From NCBI GenBank assembly GCA_018655015.1, contig JABIKK010000011.1:1323-65322 (forward strand): a DNA stretch of 64,000 nucleotides. The letters run 5' to 3'. A program made the translations under genes and the position numbers. Source of the DNA: Candidatus Woesearchaeota archaeon (lineage in GTDB: Archaea > Nanobdellota > Nanobdellia > SCGC-AAA011-G17 > UBA489). Of this stretch, positions 17,245-27,439 are shown one piece after another (within the stretch, counting starts at the first letter, position 1; the number at the start of each line of letters is the position of its first letter). Below the pieces are notes generated by a model. That model was not told where the DNA came from and did not search any database. It worked only from the letters and a program-made list of their open reading frames with translations.

Positions 17245-18918
17245 ATGAGGTATGTTGAATTAGCTGAATTATATAATCGATTAGCAGATACTTCCAAACG
17301 TCTTGAAAAGACAGATATTATTGCAGATTTTTTAAAAAATACAAAAAAAGAGGATTTAGAGAATGTTGTTTGTTTGTTGAATGGTAGAGTTTTTCCATTA
17401 TGGGATAGTAGGAAAATTGGATTTTCTTCTAGGTTATTGATAAAAGCCATTAGTTCTGCTACTGGGAGTAGTGTTGATAATATTGAGAAGGAATTAAATA
17501 AACTCGGAGATCTGGGAGATGTTGCCGAATTAGAAATTAGTAGGAAGAGTCAAAAAACATTGTTTAGTGAGACGTTAACTATCAAGAAGGTTGCAGATAA
17601 TATAAGGAGACTTTCTGATATGGAGGGTTCTGGATCCGTTGATAGGAAGATAGGATTGGTTGCAGAGTTGATAACTAACTCAAATGGGACTGAAGCTAAA
17701 TATATTTCAAGAACAGTCTTAGAGGTTTTAAGAGTTGGAATCGCAGATGGAATAATAAAAGATGCAATTGCCAAGGCATTTGATCAGGAGATTAAAACTG
17801 TTGATGAAGCATTTGATATTCTAGCAGACCATGGGGAAGTTGCTTTGTTAGCTAATGAAAATAAACTAGGAGATGTAAAATTAAAACCTGGAAGGCCTTT
17901 GAAATTAATGTTAGCAGTCTTATCTAAGAGTATTGAAGAAGGATTTTCTGCTGTTGGAACTCCTGCAGCATTGGAGTATAAGTATGATGGATTTAGAATG
18001 CAAATTCATAACGACGGTAAGAAAATAAGTTTATTTACAAGAGGTATGGAAGATGTTACAAAACAATTTCCTGATGTTGTTAAAGCTGTAAGTAAAATAA
18101 AAGGTAAGAATTTTATTGTAGATTGTGAGGTTGTTGGTTATGAGCCAAAAACTGGGAAGTATTTACCTTTCCAAAAAATATCCCAACGTATTAGAAGAAA
18201 ATATGATACTGAGGAAATGGCGAAACAATTTCCTGTTGAAATAAATGCATTTGATTTGATTTATTATGAAGGGAAAAAGTTGCTTAGTAATCGGTTTGAA
18301 GATAGAAGGGAGTTACTTAAAAAAATAATAAAAGAGATCCCAAGGGAGATAGTTTTGTCTAAACTGTTAATTACTGATGATGATAAGAAAGTACAAAAAT
18401 TCTTTAAGGAATCTGTAAAATCTGGACATGAGGGAGTGATGTTTAAGTCATTAGGTGCGCCTTACAAGCCAGGAAGGTATGTTGGTTACATCGCAAAACT
18501 CAAGGAAGTCATGGATGCGTTGGACTTAGTTGTTGTTAAAGCTGAATGGGGAGAGGGTAAAAGAGCATCTTGGTTAACGTCTTATACTGTTGCTTGTAAA
18601 GACGGAGATAATTTTTTAGAAGTTGGAAAAGTTTCAACTGGTTTAAAAGAAAAATTTGAAGAAGGTGAATTAGATAATTTTGAAAATATGACTAATGAAT
18701 TGAAAAAAATAGTTGTTTCACAAAAAGGAAATGCAGTAATGGTTAAACCTCAAATAGTTGTTGAAGTTTCTTATGAAGAAATACAAAAAAGTCCAACATA
18801 TGCTTCAGGGTATGCACTTAGATTCCCAAGGATACTCCAAGTGAGATACGATAAACCATTAAATGAAATTTCTACAATAGGTAATGTTGAAGAACTTTAC
18901 AAAAGTCAAAATAAATAA
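17245..18918 (+). CDS. lig: ATP-dependent DNA ligase
   Basis: Adenylation motif EYKYDGFRMQIH (KxDG), EGVMFK, and the OB-fold region LVVVKAEWGEGKR. 557 aa. Confidence 0.92.
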   Translation: MRYVELAELYNRLADTSKRLEKTDIIADFLKNTKKEDLENVVCLLNGRVFPLWDSRKIGFSSRLLIKAISSATGSSVDNIEKELNKLGDLGDVAELEISRKSQKTLFSETLTIKKVADNIRRLSDMEGSGSVDRKIGLVAELITNSNGTEAKYISRTVLEVLRVGIADGIIKDAIAKAFDQEIKTVDEAFDILADHGEVALLANENKLGDVKLKPGRPLKLMLAVLSKSIEEGFSAVGTPAALEYKYDGFRMQIHNDGKKISLFTRGMEDVTKQFPDVVKAVSKIKGKNFIVDCEVVGYEPKTGKYLPFQKISQRIRRKYDTEEMAKQFPVEINAFDLIYYEGKKLLSNRFEDRRELLKKIIKEIPREIVLSKLLITDDDKKVQKFFKESVKSGHEGVMFKSLGAPYKPGRYVGYIAKLKEVMDALDLVVVKAEWGEGKRASWLTSYTVACKDGDNFLEVGKVSTGLKEKFEEGELDNFENMTNELKKIVVSQKGNAVMVKPQIVVEVSYEEIQKSPTYASGYALRFPRILQVRYDKPLNEISTIGNVEELYKSQNK

Positions 18919-19041
18919 CGACTTAATGATAGCAATGTTTATATACTAGCTGAAAGTAATATACAATTGTAATCGAGATAGGGTGTATAAAAAAGAGGGA
19001 GAAGGTAGAATTCTTTTTCCTGTTTAACATGAACGCCTAAC

Positions 19042-19875
19042 ATGGGGAAACAAAGTATGATTGTCAAGGAAGACTTTTTGAATAAAACTAGGGGCCTTTT
19101 TGGGTTAAATTTATATGAAGCACGAATATGGACTGCACTTCTTTCACGTGGAGTTTCTACTGCAGGTGAACTTTCTGACATAGGTAATGTTCCTCGATCA
19201 AGAGCTTATGATGTTCTTGAATCTCTTGAAAAAAAAGGATTTATTATAATGAAGCTAGGTAAGCCAATAAAATATTTGGCAGTTGACCCTGGGGAAGTTG
19301 TTGAAAAAGTTAAGAAATATGTTAATCAGTTAACCTCAGCTAAGATAAAAAAGCTAGACGATCTTAAGGGTGGAGATGTTCTGGAAGAATTGACTGCATT
19401 ACATAAACAGGGTGTGGACTTTATTGAACCAACAGATCTTGCGGGAGCAATTAGGGGAAGACATAATATTTACACACATTTGGAGTCAATGGTAAAAGGT
19501 GCAAAGAAATCTGTTACTATAATGACTACATCCAAAGGTGTTATGAGAAAAATTGAAGCATTGAAACCTGAGTTAAATAGATTGAAGAAAAAGGGAGTCA
19601 ATATTAGAATTGCTGCTCCAGTTACTAAGGATGCAGAAGGTTCAATTAAAAGTGTTAGTAAAGATGCAGAAGTTAGGCATGCTAAAGATTTGAGTGCTAG
19701 ATTCTGTATTATAGATGATAAAGATTTAATGTTTATGGTTCTAAATGATGAAGAAGTTCACCCAACTTATGATGTGGGTGTTTGGGTGCAAACTCCTTAC
19801 TTCGCTTCTGCTATGCAGGGTATGTTTAATCAACAGTGGGACAAAATGACACCTGCTAATAAGATGCTTAAGTAG
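19042..19875 (+). CDS. TrmB-family transcriptional regulator
   Basis: N-terminal wHTH (LYEARIWTALLSRGVSTAGELSDIGNVPRSRAYDVLESLEKKGF) plus a TrmB-like C-terminal domain. Confidence 0.8.
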   Translation: MGKQSMIVKEDFLNKTRGLFGLNLYEARIWTALLSRGVSTAGELSDIGNVPRSRAYDVLESLEKKGFIIMKLGKPIKYLAVDPGEVVEKVKKYVNQLTSAKIKKLDDLKGGDVLEELTALHKQGVDFIEPTDLAGAIRGRHNIYTHLESMVKGAKKSVTIMTTSKGVMRKIEALKPELNRLKKKGVNIRIAAPVTKDAEGSIKSVSKDAEVRHAKDLSARFCIIDDKDLMFMVLNDEEVHPTYDVGVWVQTPYFASAMQGMFNQQWDKMTPANKMLK

Positions 19876-19912
19876 AGAAAGTTATATAAGAGCCTGTTTC
19901 TAAGCTTGAATT

Positions 19913-21595
19913 ATGGATTTTAAATCTGAAGTCGCTTCTTTGATTTCAAAGGAGTTGGGGTGTAAAAAAGAGGAAGTAATTGATGTCCTAGAAATTCCAC
20001 CTGAGAGCAAGTTTGGAGACTATTCATTTCCTTGTTTTAAGTTTGCAGCTAAGCTAAAGAAGAAACCTATTGACTTAGCTAAGGATTTATCTTCTAATCT
20101 AAAGGGAAAGTTTATTGAGAAAGTTGAAATCAAAGGTCCTTATTTGAATATATTTTTGAAAAGTGAAATTGTTACTAAAGAGTTTTTGAGTGAGATCTTT
20201 GTTAAGAAAAAGGAATATGGTATGTCCACTAAGGGAAAGGATAAAATTATGATTGAATTTCCTGCTCCAAATACTAATAAACCATTACACCTGGGACATT
20301 TGAGGAATATGTTCCTCGGACAAGCGGTTAGCAATATATTTTCTTTTTTAGGCCATAAGGTTGTTCCCGTGAATTTGAATAATGATCGAGGAGTCCATAT
20401 CTGTAAGTCAATGTGGGCTTATGAAAAGTTTGGTAAGGGTAAGAATCCAGATAAAAAATCAGACCATTTTGTTGGAGATTTCTATGTCATGTACAATAAG
20501 CATGCAAATGATAAAAGCGAAAGAGAAATTCAAGAAATGTTAAAAAAATGGGAAGATGGAGATAAAGAAGTGAGGGGCCTTTGGAAAAAGATGAATAAGT
20601 GGGCGTTTGAGGGTTTTGATGAAACTTACAAAAGGCTAGGAATTAAGTTTTCAAAAGTGTATAATGAAAGTGAGTTTTATGATGAAGGTAAATCTGTTGT
20701 TCTGGATGGGTTGAAAAAGAAATTATTTTACAAAAATGAAGATGGAGCTGTTGAAGTTGATTTGGAAAAGGATGGACTTGGAAAGAAAGTTTTATTGAGA
20801 CCTGACGGAACTTCAATTTACATTACTCAAGATTTGTATCTTGCAAAGAAGAAATTTGATGATTACAAGATTGATAGATCTGTTCATGTAGTTGGTTCTG
20901 AACAGGATTATCATTTTAAAGTATTGTTTAAATTATTAAAAATATTGAAAGTTCCCTATGCTGAGAAGTGCTTTCATCTGAGTTATGGGATGGTTTCATT
21001 GCCTGAAGGAAAGATGAAGTCAAGAGAAGGAACTGTTGTAGACGCGGACGATTTGCTTGATAAAGTTGAAGACCTATCCAAAAAGGAGATTGAGAAAAGA
21101 CATAAAATTAGTTCTAAGGAAATTAAAGAGAGATCTGAGAAAATAGGGCAAGGAGCATTGAGATTTTTCTTGTTAAAGTATGACCCTACCAAAGACATAA
21201 AATACGACCCTAAAGAGTCTTTATCTTTTGAGGGGGAGACTGGCCCTTATGTCCAATATGTTCACGCAAGATGTTGTTCTTTGTTAAGGAAGTCTGAAGT
21301 TAAAGTTACTAAGGGCGTTGATTTTAGTGCAATTAATAGTGATGAAGAATTGTTATTGATTAAGCAGTTGGGGAAATTTAGCCATGTTTTGGATCAAGCT
21401 GCGAAAAAATATAAACCATCCATACTTGCAAGATATTTGCTTGATTTAAGTTCATTATTTAACACTTTTTATGCTAAGCATAAGATTATTGGAGATAAGA
21501 ATGAGGCTGAACGAATGTTAATTGTAGATTCTGTTAGAAATGTTCTAGACGTAGGATTAAGTTTGTTAAGTATTAAAGCCCCTGAAGAAATGTGA
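19913..21595 (+). CDS. argS: arginyl-tRNA synthetase
   Basis: HIGH-type motif PNTNKPLHLGHLRN. The DALR anticodon-binding C-terminus ends in ...EEM. Confidence 0.9.
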   Translation: MDFKSEVASLISKELGCKKEEVIDVLEIPPESKFGDYSFPCFKFAAKLKKKPIDLAKDLSSNLKGKFIEKVEIKGPYLNIFLKSEIVTKEFLSEIFVKKKEYGMSTKGKDKIMIEFPAPNTNKPLHLGHLRNMFLGQAVSNIFSFLGHKVVPVNLNNDRGVHICKSMWAYEKFGKGKNPDKKSDHFVGDFYVMYNKHANDKSEREIQEMLKKWEDGDKEVRGLWKKMNKWAFEGFDETYKRLGIKFSKVYNESEFYDEGKSVVLDGLKKKLFYKNEDGAVEVDLEKDGLGKKVLLRPDGTSIYITQDLYLAKKKFDDYKIDRSVHVVGSEQDYHFKVLFKLLKILKVPYAEKCFHLSYGMVSLPEGKMKSREGTVVDADDLLDKVEDLSKKEIEKRHKISSKEIKERSEKIGQGALRFFLLKYDPTKDIKYDPKESLSFEGETGPYVQYVHARCCSLLRKSEVKVTKGVDFSAINSDEELLLIKQLGKFSHVLDQAAKKYKPSILARYLLDLSSLFNTFYAKHKIIGDKNEAERMLIVDSVRNVLDVGLSLLSIKAPEEM

Positions 21596-22411
21596 TTAAT
21601 TTTTAATATCTCTATCTAAGTGCATCTTTGGTTTCATTTGAGATGGAGTCCATTCTGCCTTAACCGTTTCTAAGTCTGTTGCACTTTGATATTTGGAATA
21701 TTTGAATTTGGTGTAATCTTCTCCAATAGTTTTTCCAACGTCAAAGAACGCCATTTGGGCAATCCTTCTTCCAACAACTAATGGGATAATTCTATAACTA
21801 CTGTTATTTGTTATTTCCATTGTCCATCTGTTGATGTAACCAACGTCTCCCCAGCCCGCACATTTACATACTTCGATGAAATTTCTTCCAAGGCTACTTC
21901 TTGCCTTCATCATTGTTGTAACTGTTCTTCTTCCGCCAATAAACTCCTTTGTGTGAGCTAGAATAGTTTCTTTTGGAAATATAAATATGACTTTGTCATT
22001 TGGACTAATATTTTCAAAGGTGTGCTCTACCCTTTTTAGTTCCATTTCACGAGGAACATAACCTGCTCGGGAGCCTAGTTTGTGAATATATTCTCTAAAA
22101 TATTCTGGATTTTCAAAAAAATCCTTCACGGGTGTAGCTTCAAAATGATGTTTCCCCCAAACCTTGTCTATATGAGTTTTAGAATAAAAATTGTAAACTT
22201 CAATACCACTTTCTGGCGCATGTTCTCGGAAATAATAGTCTCCTAACGCAAGATCATATGATGCAGTGTTAAGGTTTTCTTCTTTAAATGGTGAAATAAC
22301 TATATCCTCTGTTTCCATTCGCTTTTTAATTTCTTTATCTGAAAGAAGTCCTGACCGGAATGTTAGATCTGAGTCCATGCTTTCCGGGGTTTCAATAGGA
22401 ATTTTAGTCAT
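21596..22411 (-). CDS. dCTP deaminase / dUTPase-superfamily protein (long form)
   Basis: ASYDLALGDYYF and GWGDVGYINRWTMEITNNS resemble dCTP deaminase motifs. At 271 aa it is longer than typical. Confidence 0.7.
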   Translation of the reverse strand: MTKIPIETPESMDSDLTFRSGLLSDKEIKKRMETEDIVISPFKEENLNTASYDLALGDYYFREHAPESGIEVYNFYSKTHIDKVWGKHHFEATPVKDFFENPEYFREYIHKLGSRAGYVPREMELKRVEHTFENISPNDKVIFIFPKETILAHTKEFIGGRRTVTTMMKARSSLGRNFIEVCKCAGWGDVGYINRWTMEITNNSSYRIIPLVVGRRIAQMAFFDVGKTIGEDYTKFKYSKYQSATDLETVKAEWTPSQMKPKMHLDRDIKN

Positions 22412-22452
22412 CTCTCTTTAAGCAAATAAGGCATTTTATATAGATTATTCTC

Positions 22453-23169
22453 TTGGATGATATAGTTATAAAAATGAATATACACGAAGATATAGAAATT
22501 GTAGATTTGGCCCTTAGGCATGGGGAGGTGCTTATATTGGGAGATTTGCAATTAGGTTATGAGGACTATTTAAATAAGAAAGGTGTTTTAGTTCCCCGAT
22601 TTCAGACTGAAGATGTTCTCGGAAGGATTCGTGAAATCCTAGAAAATACTAGGGTAAAAAAGATCGTTTTTAATGGAGACATAAAGCATCACTTTGGAAG
22701 AATTTCTCCTCAAGAATGGGATTCCGTAACTCGACTAATGGAAGATTTAGTTGATAAATATGAAGTTATAATTGTAAAAGGGAATCATGACGTTTTGATT
22801 GAACCCATATTGAAGAGATTTAAAGATAAAATAAAACTTGTTGATTATTTTGAAATAGATGATTTGTTTATTACTCATGGAGATAAAATCATGCCCAATC
22901 CAGGAAAAATAATTGTTATTGGACATGAACATCCTGCAGTTAGTTTTGGAGAAAAACCTGGAGAAAAATATAAATGTTTTTTGAAAGGAAAATGGGGAGG
23001 ACATAAGCTAATTGTTATGCCTTCTTTCAATATGTTAACTGCTGGAAGTGATATTAAAAGAGAAAAATTTCTAAGTCCTTACCTTAAGGGAAATTTGAAT
23101 AATTTTGAAATTTATGTAGTGGAAGATAAAACTTACTACTTTGGAAAAATTAAAAATTTACCTGAATAA
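22453..23169 (+). CDS. calcineurin-like metallophosphoesterase (small SbcD/MJ0037-like type)
   Basis: Motifs ILGDLQLG, NGDIKHH, KGNHD, THGD, GHEHP. The track start is TTG; an ATG at 22474 is an alternative. Confidence 0.75.
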   Translation: MDDIVIKMNIHEDIEIVDLALRHGEVLILGDLQLGYEDYLNKKGVLVPRFQTEDVLGRIREILENTRVKKIVFNGDIKHHFGRISPQEWDSVTRLMEDLVDKYEVIIVKGNHDVLIEPILKRFKDKIKLVDYFEIDDLFITHGDKIMPNPGKIIVIGHEHPAVSFGEKPGEKYKCFLKGKWGGHKLIVMPSFNMLTAGSDIKREKFLSPYLKGNLNNFEIYVVEDKTYYFGKIKNLPE

Positions 23170-23180
23170 AAAAAAGATTT

Positions 23181-23201
23181 GGGTGCAGTTTAACCACACC
23201 C
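23181..23201. terminator. short GC hairpin between convergent genes
   Basis: GGGTG ... CACCC (5 bp) sits between the stop at 23169 (+) and the stop at 23213 (-), with an A/T run on the flank. Confidence 0.3.
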
Positions 23202-23212
23202 CGATGTTAGGA

Positions 23213-23368
23213 TCAGTTAGTCACAGCTTTAATACCGAATAACAGTACTAAAAAGTGCCATACGTTGATACCCCAAAGCCCAGGACCATAACCTAGATCA
23301 CCAGCTACGTATAGGATACCTGCAATAAGTAGAACCCATTTACACCATGTTGGACAATCGCATTTCAT
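23213..23368 (-). CDS. 51-aa Cys/Trp-rich membrane microprotein (not in ORF track)
   Basis: ATG 23368 to TGA 23213-23215 gives MKCDCPTWCKWVLLIAGILYVAGDLGYGPGLWGINVWHFLVLLFGIKAVTN. A perfect GGAGGTG SD (23376-23382) lies 7 nt upstream. GC is visibly higher than the surrounding DNA. Confidence 0.5.
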   Translation of the reverse strand: MKCDCPTWCKWVLLIAGILYVAGDLGYGPGLWGINVWHFLVLLFGIKAVTN

Positions 23369-23490
23369 ATCGAAACACCTCCGTAGTTTTGTTTTATGAC
23401 GGATTCTTCACTTATATTATTTTCTATTTAATAAAATAACTGATTTACTGTTGTAATGAGTGAATTTTACATGTTTTTGTATATCAAAAG

Positions 23491-23498
23491 ATTTATAG
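23491..23498 (+). promoter_or_regulatory. TATA-like element (ATTTATAG) for the prepilin operon
   Basis: 25-32 nt upstream of ATG 23523. Confidence 0.45.
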
Positions 23499-23522
23499 GT
23501 TTGTTTGCTCGATGTGAAAGAT

Positions 23523-23951
23523 ATGCGTAGAAAAAGGGGTCAAGCTGGTATAGAGTATGTTATATTGATCGGACTTCTTTTATTTTTTTTCATACCGTTG
23601 ATACATTATTCATTTCAAGAGACAAATAATGCTGTTAGGGCAACTCAATTAGATAGCTTTGTTAGTCGATTATCAAAAGCAATTGATGCTGTACATTCTA
23701 TTGGACCGGGGTCCACTGAAATTGTTGTAGTCACATTGCCAAAGGGTGTTTCTGAAGCAATACTTTACAATAGTGTGAATCCTGGAGAGCCAAGTGAAAT
23801 TGTTTTGAAAGTTCAATTTTATGGGGGCGTTTCAGATATACATGCGTCTGTAAAACCATACTTGTATGGGGAACTACCTACCAGTTCAGGAACATACCAT
23901 ATGAGAGTTTCAAGCATAAATGAGACAACTGTAAATGTAACAATTAATTAA
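23523..23951 (+). CDS. prepilin-like protein 1 (class III signal peptide)
   Basis: MRRKRGQ/AGIEYVILIGLLLFFFIPL: a short basic leader, a G-Q junction and a hydrophobic helix. I placed the start at ATG 23523 rather than TTG 23505 because of the TATA spacing. Confidence 0.75.
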   Translation: MRRKRGQAGIEYVILIGLLLFFFIPLIHYSFQETNNAVRATQLDSFVSRLSKAIDAVHSIGPGSTEIVVVTLPKGVSEAILYNSVNPGEPSEIVLKVQFYGGVSDIHASVKPYLYGELPTSSGTYHMRVSSINETTVNVTIN

Positions 23952-23952
23952 A

Positions 23953-24363
23953 ATGTATAAAAGAAGTAGAAAGGGGCAGATAAGTATTGAAATTATGTAC
24001 TCTGTAGGGGTGTTGCTTATGATATTCATCCTCTTAACTGCCATGACTTTTAGTAAAAAAATTGATGTTGAAAGAACGAGGGATACAGTTGATAAAAAAA
24101 ATGATTGTAATAAAATTTCAAGTGCAATAAATAGGGTTCTTGCTTTGGGAAATAATTATGAAGCCAATTTTAAAACAATACATCATTTTGATGTTTATAC
24201 TACGGAACTAATTATTGTTGGTGATCCCGATGGAGGAGACCCACAGACGGAGATAGAAGTAGTTTGTACTTTTGAAGGCAATATTGACCAAGATTATAGC
24301 GGAACAGGAATATGGAAAGTTATCAATGATGCGGGTGTTTTGAAGATGGAGGCAGTTGTTTAG
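23953..24363 (+). CDS. prepilin-like protein 2 (class III signal peptide, QxSxE-type)
   Basis: MYKRSRKGQISIEIMYSVGVLLMIFILL. Starts 1 nt after the upstream stop. Confidence 0.75.
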   Translation: MYKRSRKGQISIEIMYSVGVLLMIFILLTAMTFSKKIDVERTRDTVDKKNDCNKISSAINRVLALGNNYEANFKTIHHFDVYTTELIIVGDPDGGDPQTEIEVVCTFEGNIDQDYSGTGIWKVINDAGVLKMEAVV

Positions 24364-24990
24364 ATGGTGAAAAGAGGACAAATTGCATCAATTGAAATGA
24401 TTGTAATTATTGGATTAATATTAGTAACTACTGTCCCATTGGGGGCTTGGGCAATGGATGGTTTAAACCAAAAATGGAGCGAAGGAACTAAACTACAAGA
24501 AGCTGCAGTACTAAGAGACGCAATTGAAACAGTTTCTCGCCTTGGATCCGGAAATTCTATTTCTGTAGCTTCAGTAAATGGTTATTCTGTAATTGATAAT
24601 CATATAATTCACGAAGACTTAATTGATGTTCCCTTATTACCTGCTATTAGCGATTATACTGCTAGCGGAGGAGTTATAGAAATAATTAACACTGGTGAGG
24701 ATATCTTCTTTGGTAATGCTCCTGAAATAACCAGTATTGATGTTAATGATAAGTCTAATATTAAAATACTTGGCGAACATTTTAGTGAAGATACTGCAGT
24801 GTTATTGGATTCTGAAGAAGTAACTTCTGTATTTTTAGATGAAAATGAAATTACTTTTGATTTGGGGAAGGCTGGAAAGTTTGAAGTTGATCTTTTGAGA
24901 ATTGTTGGAGACAAGGAGTTATTGTCTAATGTTTTTGAAATACAAGTTAAAGGGGGCGGACCTATTGAAGTACAGGGGAAGGAGAAATAA
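24364..24990 (+). CDS. prepilin-like protein 3 (class III signal peptide) with Ig/TIG-like C-terminal domain
   Basis: MVKRGQIASIEMIVIIGLILV. Abuts the upstream stop. Confidence 0.75.
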   Translation: MVKRGQIASIEMIVIIGLILVTTVPLGAWAMDGLNQKWSEGTKLQEAAVLRDAIETVSRLGSGNSISVASVNGYSVIDNHIIHEDLIDVPLLPAISDYTASGGVIEIINTGEDIFFGNAPEITSIDVNDKSNIKILGEHFSEDTAVLLDSEEVTSVFLDENEITFDLGKAGKFEVDLLRIVGDKELLSNVFEIQVKGGGPIEVQGKEK

Positions 24991-25501
24991 AAAAGGGCAA
25001 GCTGCGATAACTGACTTATTTGTAGCCGTAGGAATATTCATAATATTAATTACTATAACTTCTGTTCTTTGGAACCTCTATAATGTAAGGTTGTTGAATA
25101 GATTAGAATACGATGACTTAGTTGTAAAAACATTTGAAATTTCCGACCTACTATTGAAAAGTTCGGGGCAACCGGATAATTGGGACCACTTGGCATTGGG
25201 AGGTGCCTCTGCAGAAGACATTATGTTTGTAGGATTAGTGGAAGAAGAGTTGAAAATACCCTTCAACAAGACTGAGGGAATGGATGCTCTGGGTGAAGAA
25301 GCTATTAGAGATATATTCCACGCAGGACAATATAGATTAGGAATACGAATTAGAAATAATATTGCGGAAGAAATGTATGTCTTAGGAAAAGTTAGTGGAG
25401 GAAGTAAATTTTCTGTTAATCTTGGAAGGGATGTTTTGTATCAAAATTCTACAGGAGGAATATACTTTCCTGCAGTGATCGAGGTGATTTTGAGTAAATG
25501 A
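24965..25501 (+). CDS. prepilin-like protein 4 (class III signal peptide)
   Basis: Re-starting at TTG 24965 gives MKYRGRRNKKGQAAITDLFVAVGIFIILI, with an AAGGGGG SD-like run about 9 nt upstream. The track start at 24902 would add an implausible 21-aa extension overlapping the upstream gene. Confidence 0.65.
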   Translation: MKYRGRRNKKGQAAITDLFVAVGIFIILITITSVLWNLYNVRLLNRLEYDDLVVKTFEISDLLLKSSGQPDNWDHLALGGASAEDIMFVGLVEEELKIPFNKTEGMDALGEEAIRDIFHAGQYRLGIRIRNNIAEEMYVLGKVSGGSKFSVNLGRDVLYQNSTGGIYFPAVIEVILSK

Positions 25502-26310
25502 AATGTAAGAAGGGCATTATTTTTGCATTGGATGGGGCAATTGCTATTTCTGTAGTTTTAATTATGTTAATTAATACAACTTATTATTTTACAACTACCT
25601 CTCAAGAATCTTTATCTCAGTCTCAAGTTATTAAGAGGGGTTATGATGTTATTGCGTTGTTTGAAGAAGCTGGAAGATTTGATTATGCATTAAGAAGTAT
25701 AGATACTGATGCAAACTTTGTTGATAATGCCGATGATTATGCTACAGATGGTGCTCAGTTAATTGCCTCCCATTATTTACCTAACGGATATAATATGTCT
25801 ATTGAGCTATATGATGCAGTTAAGACTGAATGTTTTTCAAGTTGTAATATTCCTAACGGGCCTGACAAATATACGGGACCAATTACACAAGAAGAATTAA
25901 TAAATGGGGGAGATGTTTATGTCCAGGTAAATGCAACATTAGTTAGTGATACTTCTGGTAACCCTTCACTTTCAGTAATTTTTAACCCTAATTTTTATCC
26001 AATGACTGCCATTTGTGATGAAGGTGAAACTTGCATTTATACTACAAAAATTCCAATTCCTGACTTTCCCATTGGGCAATCTAGTACACAGATAAGAGTT
26101 AATACTGATAATAATGATGAATTTGACGTTCACTGGATAAGGATTTTAGATGATCCTGCATATATGTTGTCTTCTGAAAGAACTATTCCTAGGGGCCAAT
26201 TTATTGGTAGTGGAGAAAGATGGTATGCTGCATTTGGTTCCAACGGACATTTTGAAGGGATGCATAAAGTGAGGTTTAAAGTTTGGATTGAAGGTGATTC
26301 AATTGAATAA
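25498..26310 (+). CDS. large prepilin-like protein 5
   Basis: MKCKKG/IIFALDGAIAISVVLIMLI. ATGA overlap with the upstream gene. 270 aa. Confidence 0.6.
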   Translation: MKCKKGIIFALDGAIAISVVLIMLINTTYYFTTTSQESLSQSQVIKRGYDVIALFEEAGRFDYALRSIDTDANFVDNADDYATDGAQLIASHYLPNGYNMSIELYDAVKTECFSSCNIPNGPDKYTGPITQEELINGGDVYVQVNATLVSDTSGNPSLSVIFNPNFYPMTAICDEGETCIYTTKIPIPDFPIGQSSTQIRVNTDNNDEFDVHWIRILDDPAYMLSSERTIPRGQFIGSGERWYAAFGSNGHFEGMHKVRFKVWIEGDSIE

Positions 26311-27397
26311 AAAGGGAATTTTGTTAACATTGGGATTAGTTTTTGTTAGTCTAACCCTTTTATCATTTGCGAATGTTATTGTAAATCACTCTGAAAGTTC
26401 TGAAGAGAGAATCAAAGAATTTGGTGAAGCAGAGAGATTGTATAATTTAGATAATTCCATTTCTAGATCATTGAGTAGAATGGTTAGACGTGGAATGAAC
26501 AATACACATAATATTACTGTTAAAGACAATATAATAAATTTCGAGACGCAGTTTTCAAATGAAACTCCTGCCTATGAAAAAGAGATTGGTGACCAGTTTG
26601 AAATATTTAAGGCTAGGATTAGTAATGACTTAGGGATTAATTTTGATGCAAGATATCCATTTTTAGGAACAAATGATTTTCCAGCTAGTTTAGTGGATGG
26701 TAATTTGATTAAGAACTCAAGTAGATTTTACTTGAGTAATAATCCTGGAATGTATATTGACCTTACAACTTGGCCAGAGAATATGATCTATTTCGATGGC
26801 TTTAATGAATCTAATACTGAACTGATAAACATTACTCTTTGGAGTGAAGATACTAAACTTTATGCTGCTGAACCTGATGGGTTGAATACACTTGATTTGC
26901 CATGTTCTGATTGTGTAATTGTTGAAGTTACTAATTATTATGCAAGTATAAAAGATACTTCTTCATTTGGTTTAAAAAGATTGGATGTTGGTGCATCTAA
27001 CTACCAACAAAAAATATTTGATCTAAATTTAATACGTGAAGGAGTTTGGGGAAGTAACCTTACTCTTGGAGGTAGCTGGCTGGATTCAAGAAAGAGTGCT
27101 GGAACCGGACCTTTTAATTATTGGCCTGAAACAAAAGAAGGATTGGCAATAACCTTGCCAGATATTGGGTGTGCTGGCGGATCTCCAGCAGCATATAGAC
27201 TCTTATATTTCAGAGATAGTGGGCTTTATCCACAGTCAAATTGTTTACAAGAGAATGTTAAGGTCCTAGTTCAAATTAAACTAAAGGGAGAAGCTGCAGA
27301 GCATAAAACCCATTTGGAAGGAGCACCATCTTATAATGTTCAACCACTCCTTTTAGGTACGGCTGGAATAGGTGTAGGGCTTAAATACCTAGATTAG
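26303..27397 (+). CDS. large prepilin-like protein 6
   Basis: Starting at TTG 26303 gives MNKKG/ILLTLGLVFVSLTLL, with an AGGTGA SD 6 nt upstream. The track start is 26288. Confidence 0.55.
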   Translation: MNKKGILLTLGLVFVSLTLLSFANVIVNHSESSEERIKEFGEAERLYNLDNSISRSLSRMVRRGMNNTHNITVKDNIINFETQFSNETPAYEKEIGDQFEIFKARISNDLGINFDARYPFLGTNDFPASLVDGNLIKNSSRFYLSNNPGMYIDLTTWPENMIYFDGFNESNTELINITLWSEDTKLYAAEPDGLNTLDLPCSDCVIVEVTNYYASIKDTSSFGLKRLDVGASNYQQKIFDLNLIREGVWGSNLTLGGSWLDSRKSAGTGPFNYWPETKEGLAITLPDIGCAGGSPAAYRLLYFRDSGLYPQSNCLQENVKVLVQIKLKGEAAEHKTHLEGAPSYNVQPLLLGTAGIGVGLKYLD

Positions 27398-27439
27398 GGA
27401 GGAATAGTTTATAAATAAATTTAAGGCTATTATTATAGG

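Noticed and set aside
24902-24964. Track start codons for prepilin genes (23505, 24902, 26288)
   Set aside because: They would give long N-terminal extensions incompatible with class III signal peptides and overlap the upstream genes. Downstream starts (23523, 24965, 26303) have TATA or SD support.
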